Below, piece by piece: positions 10,368 to 21,000 of a stretch of 64,000 nucleotides of DNA (the first letter of the stretch is position 1; every line of letters starts with the position of its first letter). This stretch comes from a virus: IMG/VR virus record IMGVR_UViG_3300033156_000775, positions 1 through 64,000 of that record; one strand, 5' to 3'. A program made the translations under genes and the position numbers. Below the pieces are notes generated by a model, which saw only the letters and a program-made list of their open reading frames with translations, had not been told where the DNA came from and did not search any database.

Positions 10368-11401
10368 TAAAGTTGATCTCTCTTGTGATTCCAGTTTATA
10401 ACGAGGATAGCTCTATTGGTGAAGTTATAGAGGACTTTATTAAATGTCCCCTAATATCAGAAATCATTGTAGTGGATGATGGATCTACCGATAGGACTCA
10501 GGAGGTACTGATGAAGTATCCTATAACCATAATTAGACATGAAAGGAACAGGGGATATCTGGAAGCTATAAAGTCCGGATGTAAGGTAGCTACTGGAGAC
10601 TACATTATGATTGTGGATGGAGATGGACAGTACAAGTGTAGTCCGGACTTCATAGCTATGAGAGGGGACTATTTACTTTCAGGAGCTAAGACTAACAGAG
10701 CTGACCCATTACCTAGAATATTTCTTTCTAGAATAATGAATCTGATAAGCAATTGTGGATACAAATTGTTTCCAAGAAGCCTAGTACCTATACTAATGGA
10801 AACTAGGACTCTAAGAAATATTCCACTAACTGAGTTCTGTATTAGAGCTTCTAGAATGGGCTTTGATATTAAAGAGGTAAGCATACCACACTACCCACGT
10901 AAGCATGGTAAGAGTAGAATATTCAGGAAATTAGCTAAGTCAGCCATTGAGTCCCTGGTTGGACTCCTAATATTATGGGCTAGGGAAGCTTATGACTTGA
11001 TATCTGGAGCTATAATTTCAAGAGCTAGAAATCTTCTAAATAGAAATTTCTCTCTAATTGACACAATCTATATTGGAGGACATAGACATGGAAAGTTTCC
11101 AGCTTCAGTTAACACTACATTCTTTGAAGAGGGCAAGTATGTTCATCCTCTCATACTAGATGGATATGTGGAAGTAGTAAATGCAAATCTTAGAGTGATT
11201 AGACCTCTAATAATTTATTGTAAGTATGGTAGAGGAAGATCTGTCCTTGTAGCATGTGCATACTTAATAAAATATAGAAATATTAGCTGGCTAGAAGCAT
11301 TTTATAAGGTAAAGCATAAACACTCAATAGCCTACTTGACTCCTGAGCAGTTTAAGGCTCTAAGGGATTACGAAAGGTATTTGGAGGGTAAATGGAAATG
11401 A
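10364..11401 (+). CDS. GT2 (dolichol-P glycosyltransferase-like) fused to a CX5R dual-specificity phosphatase
   Basis: VIPVYNE, VDDGSTD, DGDGQY and R.HGKS motifs; C-terminal IYCKYGRGRS..VACAYL. Confidence 0.8.
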   Translation: MIKLISLVIPVYNEDSSIGEVIEDFIKCPLISEIIVVDDGSTDRTQEVLMKYPITIIRHERNRGYLEAIKSGCKVATGDYIMIVDGDGQYKCSPDFIAMRGDYLLSGAKTNRADPLPRIFLSRIMNLISNCGYKLFPRSLVPILMETRTLRNIPLTEFCIRASRMGFDIKEVSIPHYPRKHGKSRIFRKLAKSAIESLVGLLILWAREAYDLISGAIISRARNLLNRNFSLIDTIYIGGHRHGKFPASVNTTFFEEGKYVHPLILDGYVEVVNANLRVIRPLIIYCKYGRGRSVLVACAYLIKYRNISWLEAFYKVKHKHSIAYLTPEQFKALRDYERYLEGKWK

Positions 11402-12366
11402 ACATTCTTGTTACTGGATATCCAGGATGGTTAGGGAGCAGACTTGTAGAGAGATTATTAAAAGAAAGTAGGCACAAACTTAGAGTTTTATGTCTAAGGA
11501 ACATCCCAGTTAGAGCTTCTAGTAATCTCCAGATAGTAAGAGGAGATGTTAGAGAGCTCTACACTTTAATTGAAGCTACCAGAGACATTGACCTAGTTAT
11601 TCATGCAGCTGGAATAATTCATGCTAGACCAAAGACACTAATAGAAGTGAATGCTCAGGGAACTTTAAATATGCTCAGAGCTTGTGAGCATAATAATGTT
11701 GACCGTATGATCTACATTTCTTCTAACTCAGCAGCTGGATATACTGAGGATAAAGTTCTAATGACTGAAGGGACATTAAGGAAGCCCTACATGGCATATG
11801 GAAAATCTAAATTCCTAGCAGAGGAATATGTTAATGGCTATTGTACAGATGGCAAGATAAGGGCCTTGACACTTAGGCCCTGTTGGTACTACTTCTCTAA
11901 TCAGCCTCCTAGACAGACTAGGCTTTTCAAGATGATCCAGAGTGGAAGGCCAATAATATTTGGAGATGGACTTAACATCAGATCCATGACGTACATTGAC
12001 AATCTAGTTGATGCTATCCTGCTAGCTATTGAGTCCCCATTCACTAACAGGACATATTGGATAGCTGATGAGAGGCCATACACTATTAACGAGATCTATG
12101 AGACAATAGCTGATCTTCTAAATGTAGAGGACTTTAATCCAATCCATATTCCAAAGATAGCTTCAGATTTAGCTAGGGTTGGAGATAAAGCTCTACAGAA
12201 GCTGGGTCTTTACTCAACATACTTGCATGTAGCTGGAGAGATGAGTCTTAATATAGCATGTAGCATAGAGAGAGCTAGGAGAGAGCTTGGATACGAACCT
12301 AGAGTATCGTTAAGAGAAGGAATGAAGCGTTCTATAGAGTGGTGTAGGAAGAAAGGATTGCTATGA
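11392..12366 (+). CDS. NAD-dependent epimerase/dehydratase
   Basis: TGYPGWLG Rossmann motif and YGKSK (YxxxK). Confidence 0.9.
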   Translation: MEMNILVTGYPGWLGSRLVERLLKESRHKLRVLCLRNIPVRASSNLQIVRGDVRELYTLIEATRDIDLVIHAAGIIHARPKTLIEVNAQGTLNMLRACEHNNVDRMIYISSNSAAGYTEDKVLMTEGTLRKPYMAYGKSKFLAEEYVNGYCTDGKIRALTLRPCWYYFSNQPPRQTRLFKMIQSGRPIIFGDGLNIRSMTYIDNLVDAILLAIESPFTNRTYWIADERPYTINEIYETIADLLNVEDFNPIHIPKIASDLARVGDKALQKLGLYSTYLHVAGEMSLNIACSIERARRELGYEPRVSLREGMKRSIEWCRKKGLL

Positions 12367-13349
12367 AGATTCTTATCACTGGTGGAAGTGGATTCATAGG
12401 GTCAGCTCTAGCTAGAGTGTTGTCCGGACTAAATTATGAAGTCTATACCGTGGACATCCTAGATCAGGCAGTAAACAATGTTTTCCATATAAAGTCGGAC
12501 TTTACTAAAGTTCCATTAGAAATCCTCAGGAAGATAGATGTGGTCTATCATTTAGCAGCTAAGCTTCCTATCCATAAGCTGTCATTCAGGGAGTATTTCC
12601 TAGAGAACACTTCTAAGACATTTGACTTGTTATGGAGATGTAAGGAAGCTAACATCAACAGATTCATCTATGTCTCATCATCTGCTGTGTATGGCTATCC
12701 AGAATGCCCATTAACCGAGGCCTCACCTAGAAAGGCAAGGGAGCCCTATGGCCATTCTAAGCTCCTAGCTGAGAAGGCCTGTGAATATTTCAGGGACACT
12801 TATGGTATGAACATCTCTATTGTCAGACCTAGAACCGTTATTGGCCATGGAAGACTTGGAATTCTTTACTTGCTGTTCTACTGGTTCAGCAACAACAAGA
12901 ATGTATACCTCTTAGGAGATGGGTCCAATAAATATCAGCTCCTGTCATTAACTGACTTGATAGATGCATTGGTTAGACTAGGCAGTTATGGTTCTTACCA
13001 GGATTTCAATCTAGGAGCTGAACAATATAGCTCTCTTAGAAATGACCTTTTTGAATTGATCTATAATGTCAATTCTAGATCTAGGATTGTATCTTTACCT
13101 TCCACTATTGGAAGAATATTTTGTAGGACTCTAGATAAATTGATTCCTCTAGCTCCATGGCATTATGAGTTTATAGATAAAGATTTCTATTTCGATATAA
13201 GTAAAGCTAAGACAGAGCTAGGATGGAAACCTAAATTCTCCAACTTGGAAATGCTGCTAGAGGCTTATAGATCATATTTAACGGGAGAATATGGGCTGTC
13301 TCCACATAAGTCTCCAGTCACACTGAAGCTTCTAAGATTGTTGCCATAA
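12363..13349 (+). CDS. NAD-dependent epimerase/dehydratase
   Basis: TGGSGFIG, SSSAVYG and YGHSK motifs. Confidence 0.9.
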   Translation: MKILITGGSGFIGSALARVLSGLNYEVYTVDILDQAVNNVFHIKSDFTKVPLEILRKIDVVYHLAAKLPIHKLSFREYFLENTSKTFDLLWRCKEANINRFIYVSSSAVYGYPECPLTEASPRKAREPYGHSKLLAEKACEYFRDTYGMNISIVRPRTVIGHGRLGILYLLFYWFSNNKNVYLLGDGSNKYQLLSLTDLIDALVRLGSYGSYQDFNLGAEQYSSLRNDLFELIYNVNSRSRIVSLPSTIGRIFCRTLDKLIPLAPWHYEFIDKDFYFDISKAKTELGWKPKFSNLEMLLEAYRSYLTGEYGLSPHKSPVTLKLLRLLP

Positions 13350-13390
13350 ACTTTTAAGAGCATCAAAGCTAATTCTAAGTTTGATTGATA

Positions 13391-13519
13391 ATGCCAACTA
13401 AGGAGGAAGTGTGGATAGACCTGCTCTGGACAGTTATATATGACCTAGAGCGTAACATCATTGTCCTAAGGAGACTTCTCAAGGACATTTCTAAGGAGAA
13501 TGTTAAGAGGCATGGATAG
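13391..13519 (+). CDS. Small hypothetical protein (42 aa)
   Basis: MPTKEEVWIDLLW...; stop codon ends 1 nt before a palindrome copy. Confidence 0.4.
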   Translation: MPTKEEVWIDLLWTVIYDLERNIIVLRRLLKDISKENVKRHG

Positions 13520-13520
13520 A

Positions 13521-13538
13521 GTGTAGTCCGGACTACAC
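13521..13538. repeat. Perfect palindrome copy at the + to - strand switch
   Basis: GTGTAGTCCGGACTACAC between convergent genes. Confidence 0.95.
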
Positions 13539-13548
13539 TTCTAGAAAC

Positions 13549-13914
13549 TTACAGGAGCTTGTACCTTATTAGATAGGTTATCTTACAATTGGGACTAGTG
13601 CTAGTCCAAATTATTTCGATTGGATCATCTATTTCTCCATCAATCTTTATTTCTGGAAGAGACAGCATGGTGTGGACAGCACAATAAAGCTTAGCAATCA
13701 GCTTGCCAGATGAGAACTTAGCTTCTATCTCTCCAGCTGTGCTATCTGTAAACATGTGGGCAGCTCTTGTACTTACTTTAAACCCAGATGGTGGAGTGTA
13801 AATAGTAACTGGAGAGGAATCAGCACCAGTATCTATCTCTCCAGATATCCCATCCTCAGAAGCTAACATGTCTGATTGGTTTACAGGCTTCTTTCTCTCA
13901 CAGTAGACACTCAA
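13549..13914 (-). CDS. Hypothetical virion protein (possible decoration protein)
   Basis: Beta-rich ORF directly downstream of the capsid gene. Confidence 0.45.
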   Translation of the reverse strand: MSVYCERKKPVNQSDMLASEDGISGEIDTGADSSPVTIYTPPSGFKVSTRAAHMFTDSTAGEIEAKFSSGKLIAKLYCAVHTMLSLPEIKIDGEIDDPIEIIWTSTSPNCKITYLIRYKLL

Positions 13915-13965
13915 TCCCTATGCCTCTAATAAACATCTAGAAGAACATAAATGTCTTCATTAACC

Positions 13966-15033
13966 TCACAGATCTGATGCACTGAAGCTCCCAGCCTTAG
14001 CATTCACAACAATCCCTATGGCATTGTCATCGGTAACTGCAAACTCCCTCTCAGTCCATAGATGGTACCATGTCCTGTCTAGCTCTGGTCTATCCTCTTT
14101 CTTAGCTTCTAACTCTCTCTTTATGACTTGGTATCCAAACCTACTAGAGTCAACCATGATAGCTGCTCCTTCCGGTACAAGTGGTGACTCCACTAGCTTT
14201 AGATCAGCTATCATCCCTATTTCACCGTTTATCAGGTCCTTGTTGTATAGCTTTGCATTTACATAGAGTGTTGGGACATCTGGGTCGTATAGGAGAGTTG
14301 TGATTTCATTGCTGTTCACTATAACTATGTCTGGACTGACACTGGCAGCTAGCAATGTGGATCTCAGCTTGAGGAGGTCCCATGTGGTTAGCTTTGACTT
14401 TTCACTTGCATCCACCACCAGACCAGACGACTTACATCTGTCTGAGTACAGAAATGTGACTGTGGCAGCTGGAACTGAGCTTGACAATAGGACCTTTCCA
14501 TCATAGTAGTCAACTGCACTAACCGTTGCTCCAGGTGACACTGAAGAGATCGAAACTATTGGGGTTAGTGTGGTGCTTCCAAGTGTCCCTCCAGTCCAGC
14601 TGGTTATTGTACCGGACTTGAGGTCTAAGGCTATGGTTTGGGCACGTAGATCTAGCTCTTCAGCTAGCTTTCTACCAGCTTCAAACAGAAAGTCTTTAAG
14701 GACATCCCTTACAGGTGTCTCAAGGGCTTCATTGTCTATTTCAAGTCTGATACCGAACTTAGACACTTCCACAGTGGTACCAGTATACGAGATTGTGCTG
14801 GAGGTGGAGACTGAGCTCCCCTCAGAGACAGACTCAACTGTTATGCTCTCAGTGACATTTGGGAGTACAATGGTCCTTCCCTTAGTCTTTTCAAGGTCTC
14901 TGTTCTCTCTGAATATCTGGGATACTACAGCTTTCTTTCTAGACACGGAGTCAACAGTCTTGGATATTATTTTAGGAGTTATTGATTGAATATCAGCTGT
15001 GCCTAGGCCTGCAAGCTCAGCTAACTCCCTCAT
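13966..15033 (-). CDS. Major capsid protein, paralog 1 (HK97-like fold)
   Basis: Follows protease/scaffold genes; GRTIVLP, KFGIRLEI, NGEIG; clearly homologous to 36682..37743. Confidence 0.8.
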   Translation of the reverse strand: MRELAELAGLGTADIQSITPKIISKTVDSVSRKKAVVSQIFRENRDLEKTKGRTIVLPNVTESITVESVSEGSSVSTSSTISYTGTTVEVSKFGIRLEIDNEALETPVRDVLKDFLFEAGRKLAEELDLRAQTIALDLKSGTITSWTGGTLGSTTLTPIVSISSVSPGATVSAVDYYDGKVLLSSSVPAATVTFLYSDRCKSSGLVVDASEKSKLTTWDLLKLRSTLLAASVSPDIVIVNSNEITTLLYDPDVPTLYVNAKLYNKDLINGEIGMIADLKLVESPLVPEGAAIMVDSSRFGYQVIKRELEAKKEDRPELDRTWYHLWTEREFAVTDDNAIGIVVNAKAGSFSASDL

Positions 15034-15035
15034 CC

Positions 15036-15338
15036 TTAACCACCTTTCCTTGGAGGTATAATCTTATAATGCTGTATGGCTAGCTCAGCTGCATCTTCCA
15101 GGGTGTACTTGCCTTTCTGAGTAGGCTTCTCGCTTCTTCCTTCCAATGCATTTGCTAGTTGAGTGGCAATTTCACTAGCCAGCTCAGAAACACCAGCATT
15201 TTCCTCTTTGTCGTTAAGCTTCTCTTTCAATGTCTCTATCTGTTCCTCTAGGCTCTTGACTTTTTCAGTTAGCTCCTGGACACTTTCAAGGTATTCTAGG
15301 AGCTTAAGTATTTTCTCACTATCCATTTTCATCTTCAC
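15036..15338 (-). CDS. Coiled-coil scaffold-like protein
   Basis: Coiled coil plus C-terminal EDAAELAIQHYKIIPPRK, shared with the neighbouring gene. Confidence 0.5.
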   Translation of the reverse strand: MKMKMDSEKILKLLEYLESVQELTEKVKSLEEQIETLKEKLNDKEENAGVSELASEIATQLANALEGRSEKPTQKGKYTLEDAAELAIQHYKIIPPRKGG

Positions 15339-15625
15339 TCCTTAACCACAGGGTTCCTTTTAGGAGGCACTTTACGGAAGTGGAGTATAGCTAGGTCAGC
15401 AGCCTTATCTAGCTTGGGCTCAGCCTTCTTCCTCTTCTCCTCTAGCTCCTTCTTAAGGGCATGGGCAGCTTCAGCCACTGACAGTGAATGGAACTCTACC
15501 TTAGGAGTAGAGCTGTCAGGGCCAGCACTGGACTTTTCTATCTTGTCCAGTCTCTTCTCTATACTGTCCAGCCTACTCAGTACCTCAAGCAGCCTAAGAG
15601 CTAGTTCTTCTAGTGTTTTACCCAA
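15335..15625 (-). CDS. Coiled-coil scaffold-like protein
   Basis: Coiled coil plus C-terminal DKAADLAILHFRKVPPKR. Confidence 0.5.
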   Translation of the reverse strand: MGKTLEELALRLLEVLSRLDSIEKRLDKIEKSSAGPDSSTPKVEFHSLSVAEAAHALKKELEEKRKKAEPKLDKAADLAILHFRKVPPKRNPVVKE

Positions 15626-15627
15626 CT

Positions 15628-17670
15628 CTAGATCTTCCTCTTAGCTTTAGCATAGTAGTCCTCTATGAGGATGTCAGCTATAGTCCCAAATGCATCTTCA
15701 GACTTCACTATCTTGGATATAACTTCATGTGCAGTTGGAGTCTTAGGGGCTTCCTGCTCTCCACTAGGTGGAGCTTGCTTTCCCTCTTCCTTCTCAGCTC
15801 CCTCCTTAGAGGGTTCCTGCTTCTCTGTTTTTATCTTCTCTGTGTCAGATTCCTTTGGCTTTTCCTTAGATGTGTCAGTTGATTGACCTTTGCCTTCCTC
15901 TTTAGATTGTTCAGAACCTGCTTCAGATTCTACATTCCCTTTTTCCTCCTTAGTATCACCTTCATTGGACAACTCAGTGTTGTCCGGACTACACTCTGAG
16001 TTCTCAGCTTCACTCTGCTTCTCTGGATATTTACCCTCTCCATACTTACCATACTTCTCTGAGTGTTCCTTGTTGAAGTGCTCTATCATCTCCTCCTTAG
16101 AGTCAAACTCCTCTCCACATACTGGACACTTCACCTTCTTTAGTTCCTTTTCCTTTATCTTCTTAGACAGCTTCTCCATTATCATGTCAGCTATAGCTTC
16201 TAGGTTCAGGTTAGCTACAAAGTCCCTTGCTTCCTTCTCAGTGTCAAACTGCTTAACTATCTTCCATAGCCCCTTCTCAGAGGCCTTCATAACAATGAAC
16301 TTACCAGTCTTCTTGTTCTTAACTATCCTGTAGTCAGCTAGCTTGGAGATTTCCTCTAAGTCGGACTCATCTATTTTCTCTTTAGCTAGCTTACCTCCAG
16401 TGCCTCTAGGTGGAAGCAGCTTGTATGCTAGGTCTCCTATGAGCTCCAGTAGCTTCTCAGCTTTCTCTTTACCAAAGTGGGCTATTAGTCTTTCCTTCTC
16501 TGTCCTGGGCCCTGTCCCCTCTGAATAGGCATAGTATGGATGATAGTAATAGTATGGGACATAATATCCAGGATAGTAATAGTAGTAGTAACCAGTCTTA
16601 GTTTTCTTTTTTCTAGCTCTGCCCTTCCTAACTAATTCCTCTAGCTCATCCTCAGAAAGGTCAGGTAGCTCCTCAGAAAGTCCATGTCCATAGTAGGGAT
16701 AATAGTATGGGTAGCCATAGTATGGATAGTAATAGTAATATCCCTTCCTACGCTTAACAGTCTTCTTAGCAGCAGGATACTTACCAGGTGGATAATATTC
16801 ATAGATAACTCTTTTTCTCTTTAGCACTTGAGCTAGGTCTGATATTGGTACAAACTCAAGCTCAACTTCCTCTTCCTGATCTTCCAAGTCCTCTTCAGGT
16901 AGAAGGGCTACCATTGGTTCAGAAAGCTCAAAGTACTCTTCCTTCTCTCCAGATCCTTCTTGAGGCTCATTAGCCTCTTCACTTTCAGACATACTTTCAA
17001 CCTCCTCTCTACCTTTATTTTCATTACTTTTATCCTTTTCTACAGGGATAATTGTGAAACAACATGCTACCTGAGGCTCAGTACCCAAGTTAGAGCTTAA
17101 GGCTTCTTTGGAAACTATAACACAGCTCTTGCAAGCAGGCATAGAAGTAAGAGAGATATTAATAGGCTCGTAATCTGTACCAATCTCCCTTCCGTTAATG
17201 TTGACTCTCTTAACCTGTAGCTTCATGCTGGTAGCTGGGAATGTACCGTCCTTAACCATCTCTATGGCTTTGGGATCAGTGATGTAAGCCTCATACTTAA
17301 TAGCTCCAAGCATATCGTCCCATTCAGAACTAGCAGTCTCCCCTACTTTTCTAGACTTAAACTCTTCTGTCTTTTCATGCTCAACTGTTATTGGGAGCTT
17401 CCTTAGCTTGTCCTTGTATCTTTCATACATCTTCTTTATTTCTGACTTTACATATGGAAGGCCATTCCAGACTCCCTCAGCTAGCATTATGCCTGCTATC
17501 TTTAGCTTTTTGCCCTCCATACCCAAATTAGTAATGGAGGACAATGTGCTTACAAAGTCTACACTTAGCTCTTCAACATTTTGTTCCTTAAGCTTCTCTT
17601 TAAGAGTGCTAAGCTCTTTTCTGAGCTGTTCATTCTCAGCTAGAGCCTCCTCAAGAATACTAGCACTCAT
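15628..17670 (-). CDS. Prohead protease/scaffold with Tyr-rich tract and C2H2 Zn finger
   Basis: EGVWNG..PITVEH..VG..SLTSMPAC (prohead protease-like), YYYYPYYGYPYYY tracts, CPVC..H..H, acidic linker; upstream of the MCP. Confidence 0.7.
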   Translation of the reverse strand: MSASILEEALAENEQLRKELSTLKEKLKEQNVEELSVDFVSTLSSITNLGMEGKKLKIAGIMLAEGVWNGLPYVKSEIKKMYERYKDKLRKLPITVEHEKTEEFKSRKVGETASSEWDDMLGAIKYEAYITDPKAIEMVKDGTFPATSMKLQVKRVNINGREIGTDYEPINISLTSMPACKSCVIVSKEALSSNLGTEPQVACCFTIIPVEKDKSNENKGREEVESMSESEEANEPQEGSGEKEEYFELSEPMVALLPEEDLEDQEEEVELEFVPISDLAQVLKRKRVIYEYYPPGKYPAAKKTVKRRKGYYYYYPYYGYPYYYPYYGHGLSEELPDLSEDELEELVRKGRARKKKTKTGYYYYYYPGYYVPYYYYHPYYAYSEGTGPRTEKERLIAHFGKEKAEKLLELIGDLAYKLLPPRGTGGKLAKEKIDESDLEEISKLADYRIVKNKKTGKFIVMKASEKGLWKIVKQFDTEKEARDFVANLNLEAIADMIMEKLSKKIKEKELKKVKCPVCGEEFDSKEEMIEHFNKEHSEKYGKYGEGKYPEKQSEAENSECSPDNTELSNEGDTKEEKGNVESEAGSEQSKEEGKGQSTDTSKEKPKESDTEKIKTEKQEPSKEGAEKEEGKQAPPSGEQEAPKTPTAHEVISKIVKSEDAFGTIADILIEDYYAKAKRKI

Positions 17671-17708
17671 GTATAAGCACCTACCATTAATATCAAGACC
17701 TTATACTC

Positions 17709-17733
17709 TATTTAAATGTTGTCCGGACTACAC
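17709..17733 (-). promoter_or_regulatory. TATA box (TTTAAATA) for the protease/capsid operon, abutting a palindrome copy
   Basis: Minus strand reads GTGTAGTCCGGACAACATTTAAATA, about 40 nt upstream of ATG 17670. Confidence 0.5.
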
Positions 17734-17734
17734 T

Positions 17735-18043
17735 CTATGGTAAGTCAGCTATCACCTTTATTGAAAATGTAGGAGTAATATACTTGAGTCCAGCATTATC
17801 GACTATTTCTAATTCACCTTGGTAGTCACCAGTAGGCAAGTCGTCCTGATACAGATATCTGCATTTCCCATTTGTAGGGTCATGGATCTCACATGACCCA
17901 TCTATCCTTAATGTTGATTCTCCATATTTCTTAACCTGGAGAGTGGCTGATGCTCCTGTGAGATTAAAGTAATTTCCATCAACATCCTTTATGGTGAACT
18001 CTAAGTAGACTGTCTGTCCAGTTATTATTTCTAAGTCAGCCAT
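17735..18043 (-). CDS. BppU-like baseplate/adaptor domain protein
   Basis: FTIKD.DG...NLTGASATL...G.C.Y...D...G.Y.GELEI pattern. Confidence 0.65.
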   Translation of the reverse strand: MADLEIITGQTVYLEFTIKDVDGNYFNLTGASATLQVKKYGESTLRIDGSCEIHDPTNGKCRYLYQDDLPTGDYQGELEIVDNAGLKYITPTFSIKVIADLP

Positions 18044-18047
18044 GTAT

Positions 18048-21000
18048 TTATCCCCTCTTAACTAATGTCCCAATAGTCTTTTTAACCTTTTTCAGTACAA
18101 GGGTTAGAGAGTACTTGAGCTTGGTGATTTCTTCCAGCTTCTTCAGTGTAAGGGTCAGATCGTAGCCTTTAAGCCTCAGAGAGAGCTGATATGGCTTAAG
18201 GGCTAATGTGACTATCTTCTTGATTATGAACCCAATATTAAATTTGGAAAGGAGTGAAATAGATACAAGTATGAAAGTATGATAGGAGGCTGAAAAACTA
18301 GTATAGATCTTGCCCAGTAGAGAATGCAACAGACCTAGTGTCTTCTGAAGCAAGCTCAGCAGATGATATTTGAATGTAAAACCTCTCTCCAATAATTCTC
18401 TACTGGAATACCTAAAAGAGAAGAATTTGGACTTTAAGATTTTCAAAATAAACTGGATGCTCAGTAAGCCTACGACTCGTGATATCAGAGCATAGCAAAC
18501 AATAGTTGTCCTTTGTACTAGATTTCTAATCTTAAATCTGAGATCGAGCTCTTTGTATACAAGATTTAATAGCCCATAAACTACATTCATGGATCTTGAG
18601 ACAACATTGATTATTGAATGTAGAATGTCAAGAGTCCTTGCTACTAAACTCTTTAATCCAAACTTTAACACTGTAGATCCTGTGACCAGATTTCTTATGT
18701 TAAGGATAATAGAAAACAGAGCAGGAACCAAGTTCCTTATGTTAAACTTAGAAGCTACAGCCTTAGAAACTATAGATCTTATGTTGTAGAGTAAGAGCAT
18801 CATCTTTGAAACAGGGATCGTTAAACAGTAGAGAAAGCCAGTAATTTTTGACACTAGATTTGTTAGATTATAGAGGCTTGTTAGAATCTTTGATGCTAAG
18901 GCCTTTAAGCTATATATTAAATCCAGACTGCCAGCTATGATGTTCTTTAATTTAAAATTAAGGACTGTAGTCCGGACTACACGTTCAGCTACTCTCCACA
19001 GTATAGATATGGATCTTCTTGCTAGGTTGAAGACTGAATATGAGATCGAGATACTTCTTGAAGCTAGACTTTTCAATGGATAGATAAGGATGAAAGCTTT
19101 GGAAAGCAGAGTACGAGAGTAGTAAATAATACTGAGTGTTCTGGATACTAGGCTGATAAGGCTGTATAGGATGTTAACGGACTTAGCAACAATCCTTCTA
19201 ACATTATATTTGGTAGATGTAGTCCGGACTGCTAGCTTTAAGGTGTCCCATACTTCTGAAATGGCCCTTGAAGCTATCTCTTTCAAGCCATATGCCAGGA
19301 TCGAAGCTCCTGAAACTAAACTTCTAATGTTAAATCTAGCTAAAACGGAGTTAGCTATTAGAATCAGGTCCTGATAAGTTAGAATAATTTCTTGAAACCT
19401 TAATTGGAGATTGTTCCATACCGTTCTTAAAGTCCTCCTGATTTTTCCAATGATGCTCCAAGTTCCATCTAGTATTCTGCTTGCCAGGTTTAGGGTCATG
19501 TACATCAGTGGTGTAGCTTGACCTACAAGATTCTTCAAGACAAAAACTATGGTGGTGGCCTTAGAAACTAAACTGTTAGCTGCGTATTTGACAACAGATT
19601 GATTTGAAACTAAGCTAAAGACATAGCTGGCGAATGCTAGGATCCTAGGAATAATGTTTCTAAGATTGAAGATAGAAGATAGTATTTTGGATAGTGTACT
19701 CCATGTAGTCCCAGTACCATAGACACTTGATAATGGAGACCATGTCCCAGCTGTTGATTTAGCTCTGACCTTATAGTATTTGGTTGTGTTTTCAGGAAGC
19801 CCAGTGTCATCAAATGGAGAAGCTGAGTCTAGCCCCTCACTGGTGCTATATGTCCCTGTCGGTATAGTGTCAGAAAATATCTCATACCCATTCGTAGTAG
19901 CTATAGAGTCGTCTCTGTATCCTCTATCGGAACTAGAATACTGGGTTGAAGCTCCATCGGCAGTTAAGCGGCATCTATAGTAGCGTCCTTCACCTTCGGT
20001 TACAGAGGCTCCAAACCAGTAGACCCTGATCACACTTGTACTTATCCCTTCAGCACTAACCGAAGTTGGTGGGTTAACAGTGTATGCTGGTGCCCCAGTG
20101 TCATTATAGGTTGGAGTTGTAGCTCCTGAAATGTCGGAGTAATTAGCGTCAGAGTCAGCTGTACTCCTCTGCCACTGGTAGTTTAATGGTCCTACACCCC
20201 GATATCCCCTATCACTTCCAGTAAAGCCTGGTGCTGCTCCCTCAGCAGTATGGTAGCATTTGTAGTATCTCCCAGCACCCACATTTGCCGACTGTCCTGA
20301 GAGACTAAGGGAGACATGTAAGGCACTGGTTCCATCAGAAGCAGATGCAGTTCCAGGAGTGATTGTAGGGGCAGGAGCACCAGTGTCATTAAAAGTAGAG
20401 CTTGTTGCCCCAGATAGAATAGAGTAGTTTGCATCACTGTCAGCTGCACTTCTATACCACTGGTAAGTCAAGACTCCAACACCACGGTATCCACGATCTA
20501 CTGTTGAATATTGAGATGCTGCTCCTTCAGCAGAAACAAGACACTTATAGTATCTTCCAGCCCCAGTGTTTGCTGATGCACCAGTATTTGTTAACACAAC
20601 CTTGTCTGTGTAAGTTCCCTTGCTTGCAGTTACTGACCCATGAGTGATTGTTGGAGCCGGAGCTTCAGTATCGTTGTAAGATTTGCCTGTTGCCCCATCA
20701 ATTGGGGAATAGTCATCGTCACTATCCCCTGAGCTTCTGTACCATTGGTAATTGAGGCTTCCTACTCCACGATAGCCACGATCAGGGGCTGAAACTTGCT
20801 GAGTGCAACCTGAAGCGTTAAGGACACATCTATAAAATCTACCTGCTCCTGGATTGGCAGACTCTCCTGTAAGGCTCAAGAGGACATAACCTGTGTAAGA
20901 TCCATCGGATGCTGAGGCCGTTCCTGGACTGACCGAGGGTGAAGGTGCAGCTGAATCATTATATGTTGCTGATGTTGCTCCAGCAATGTTAGAATAGTTA

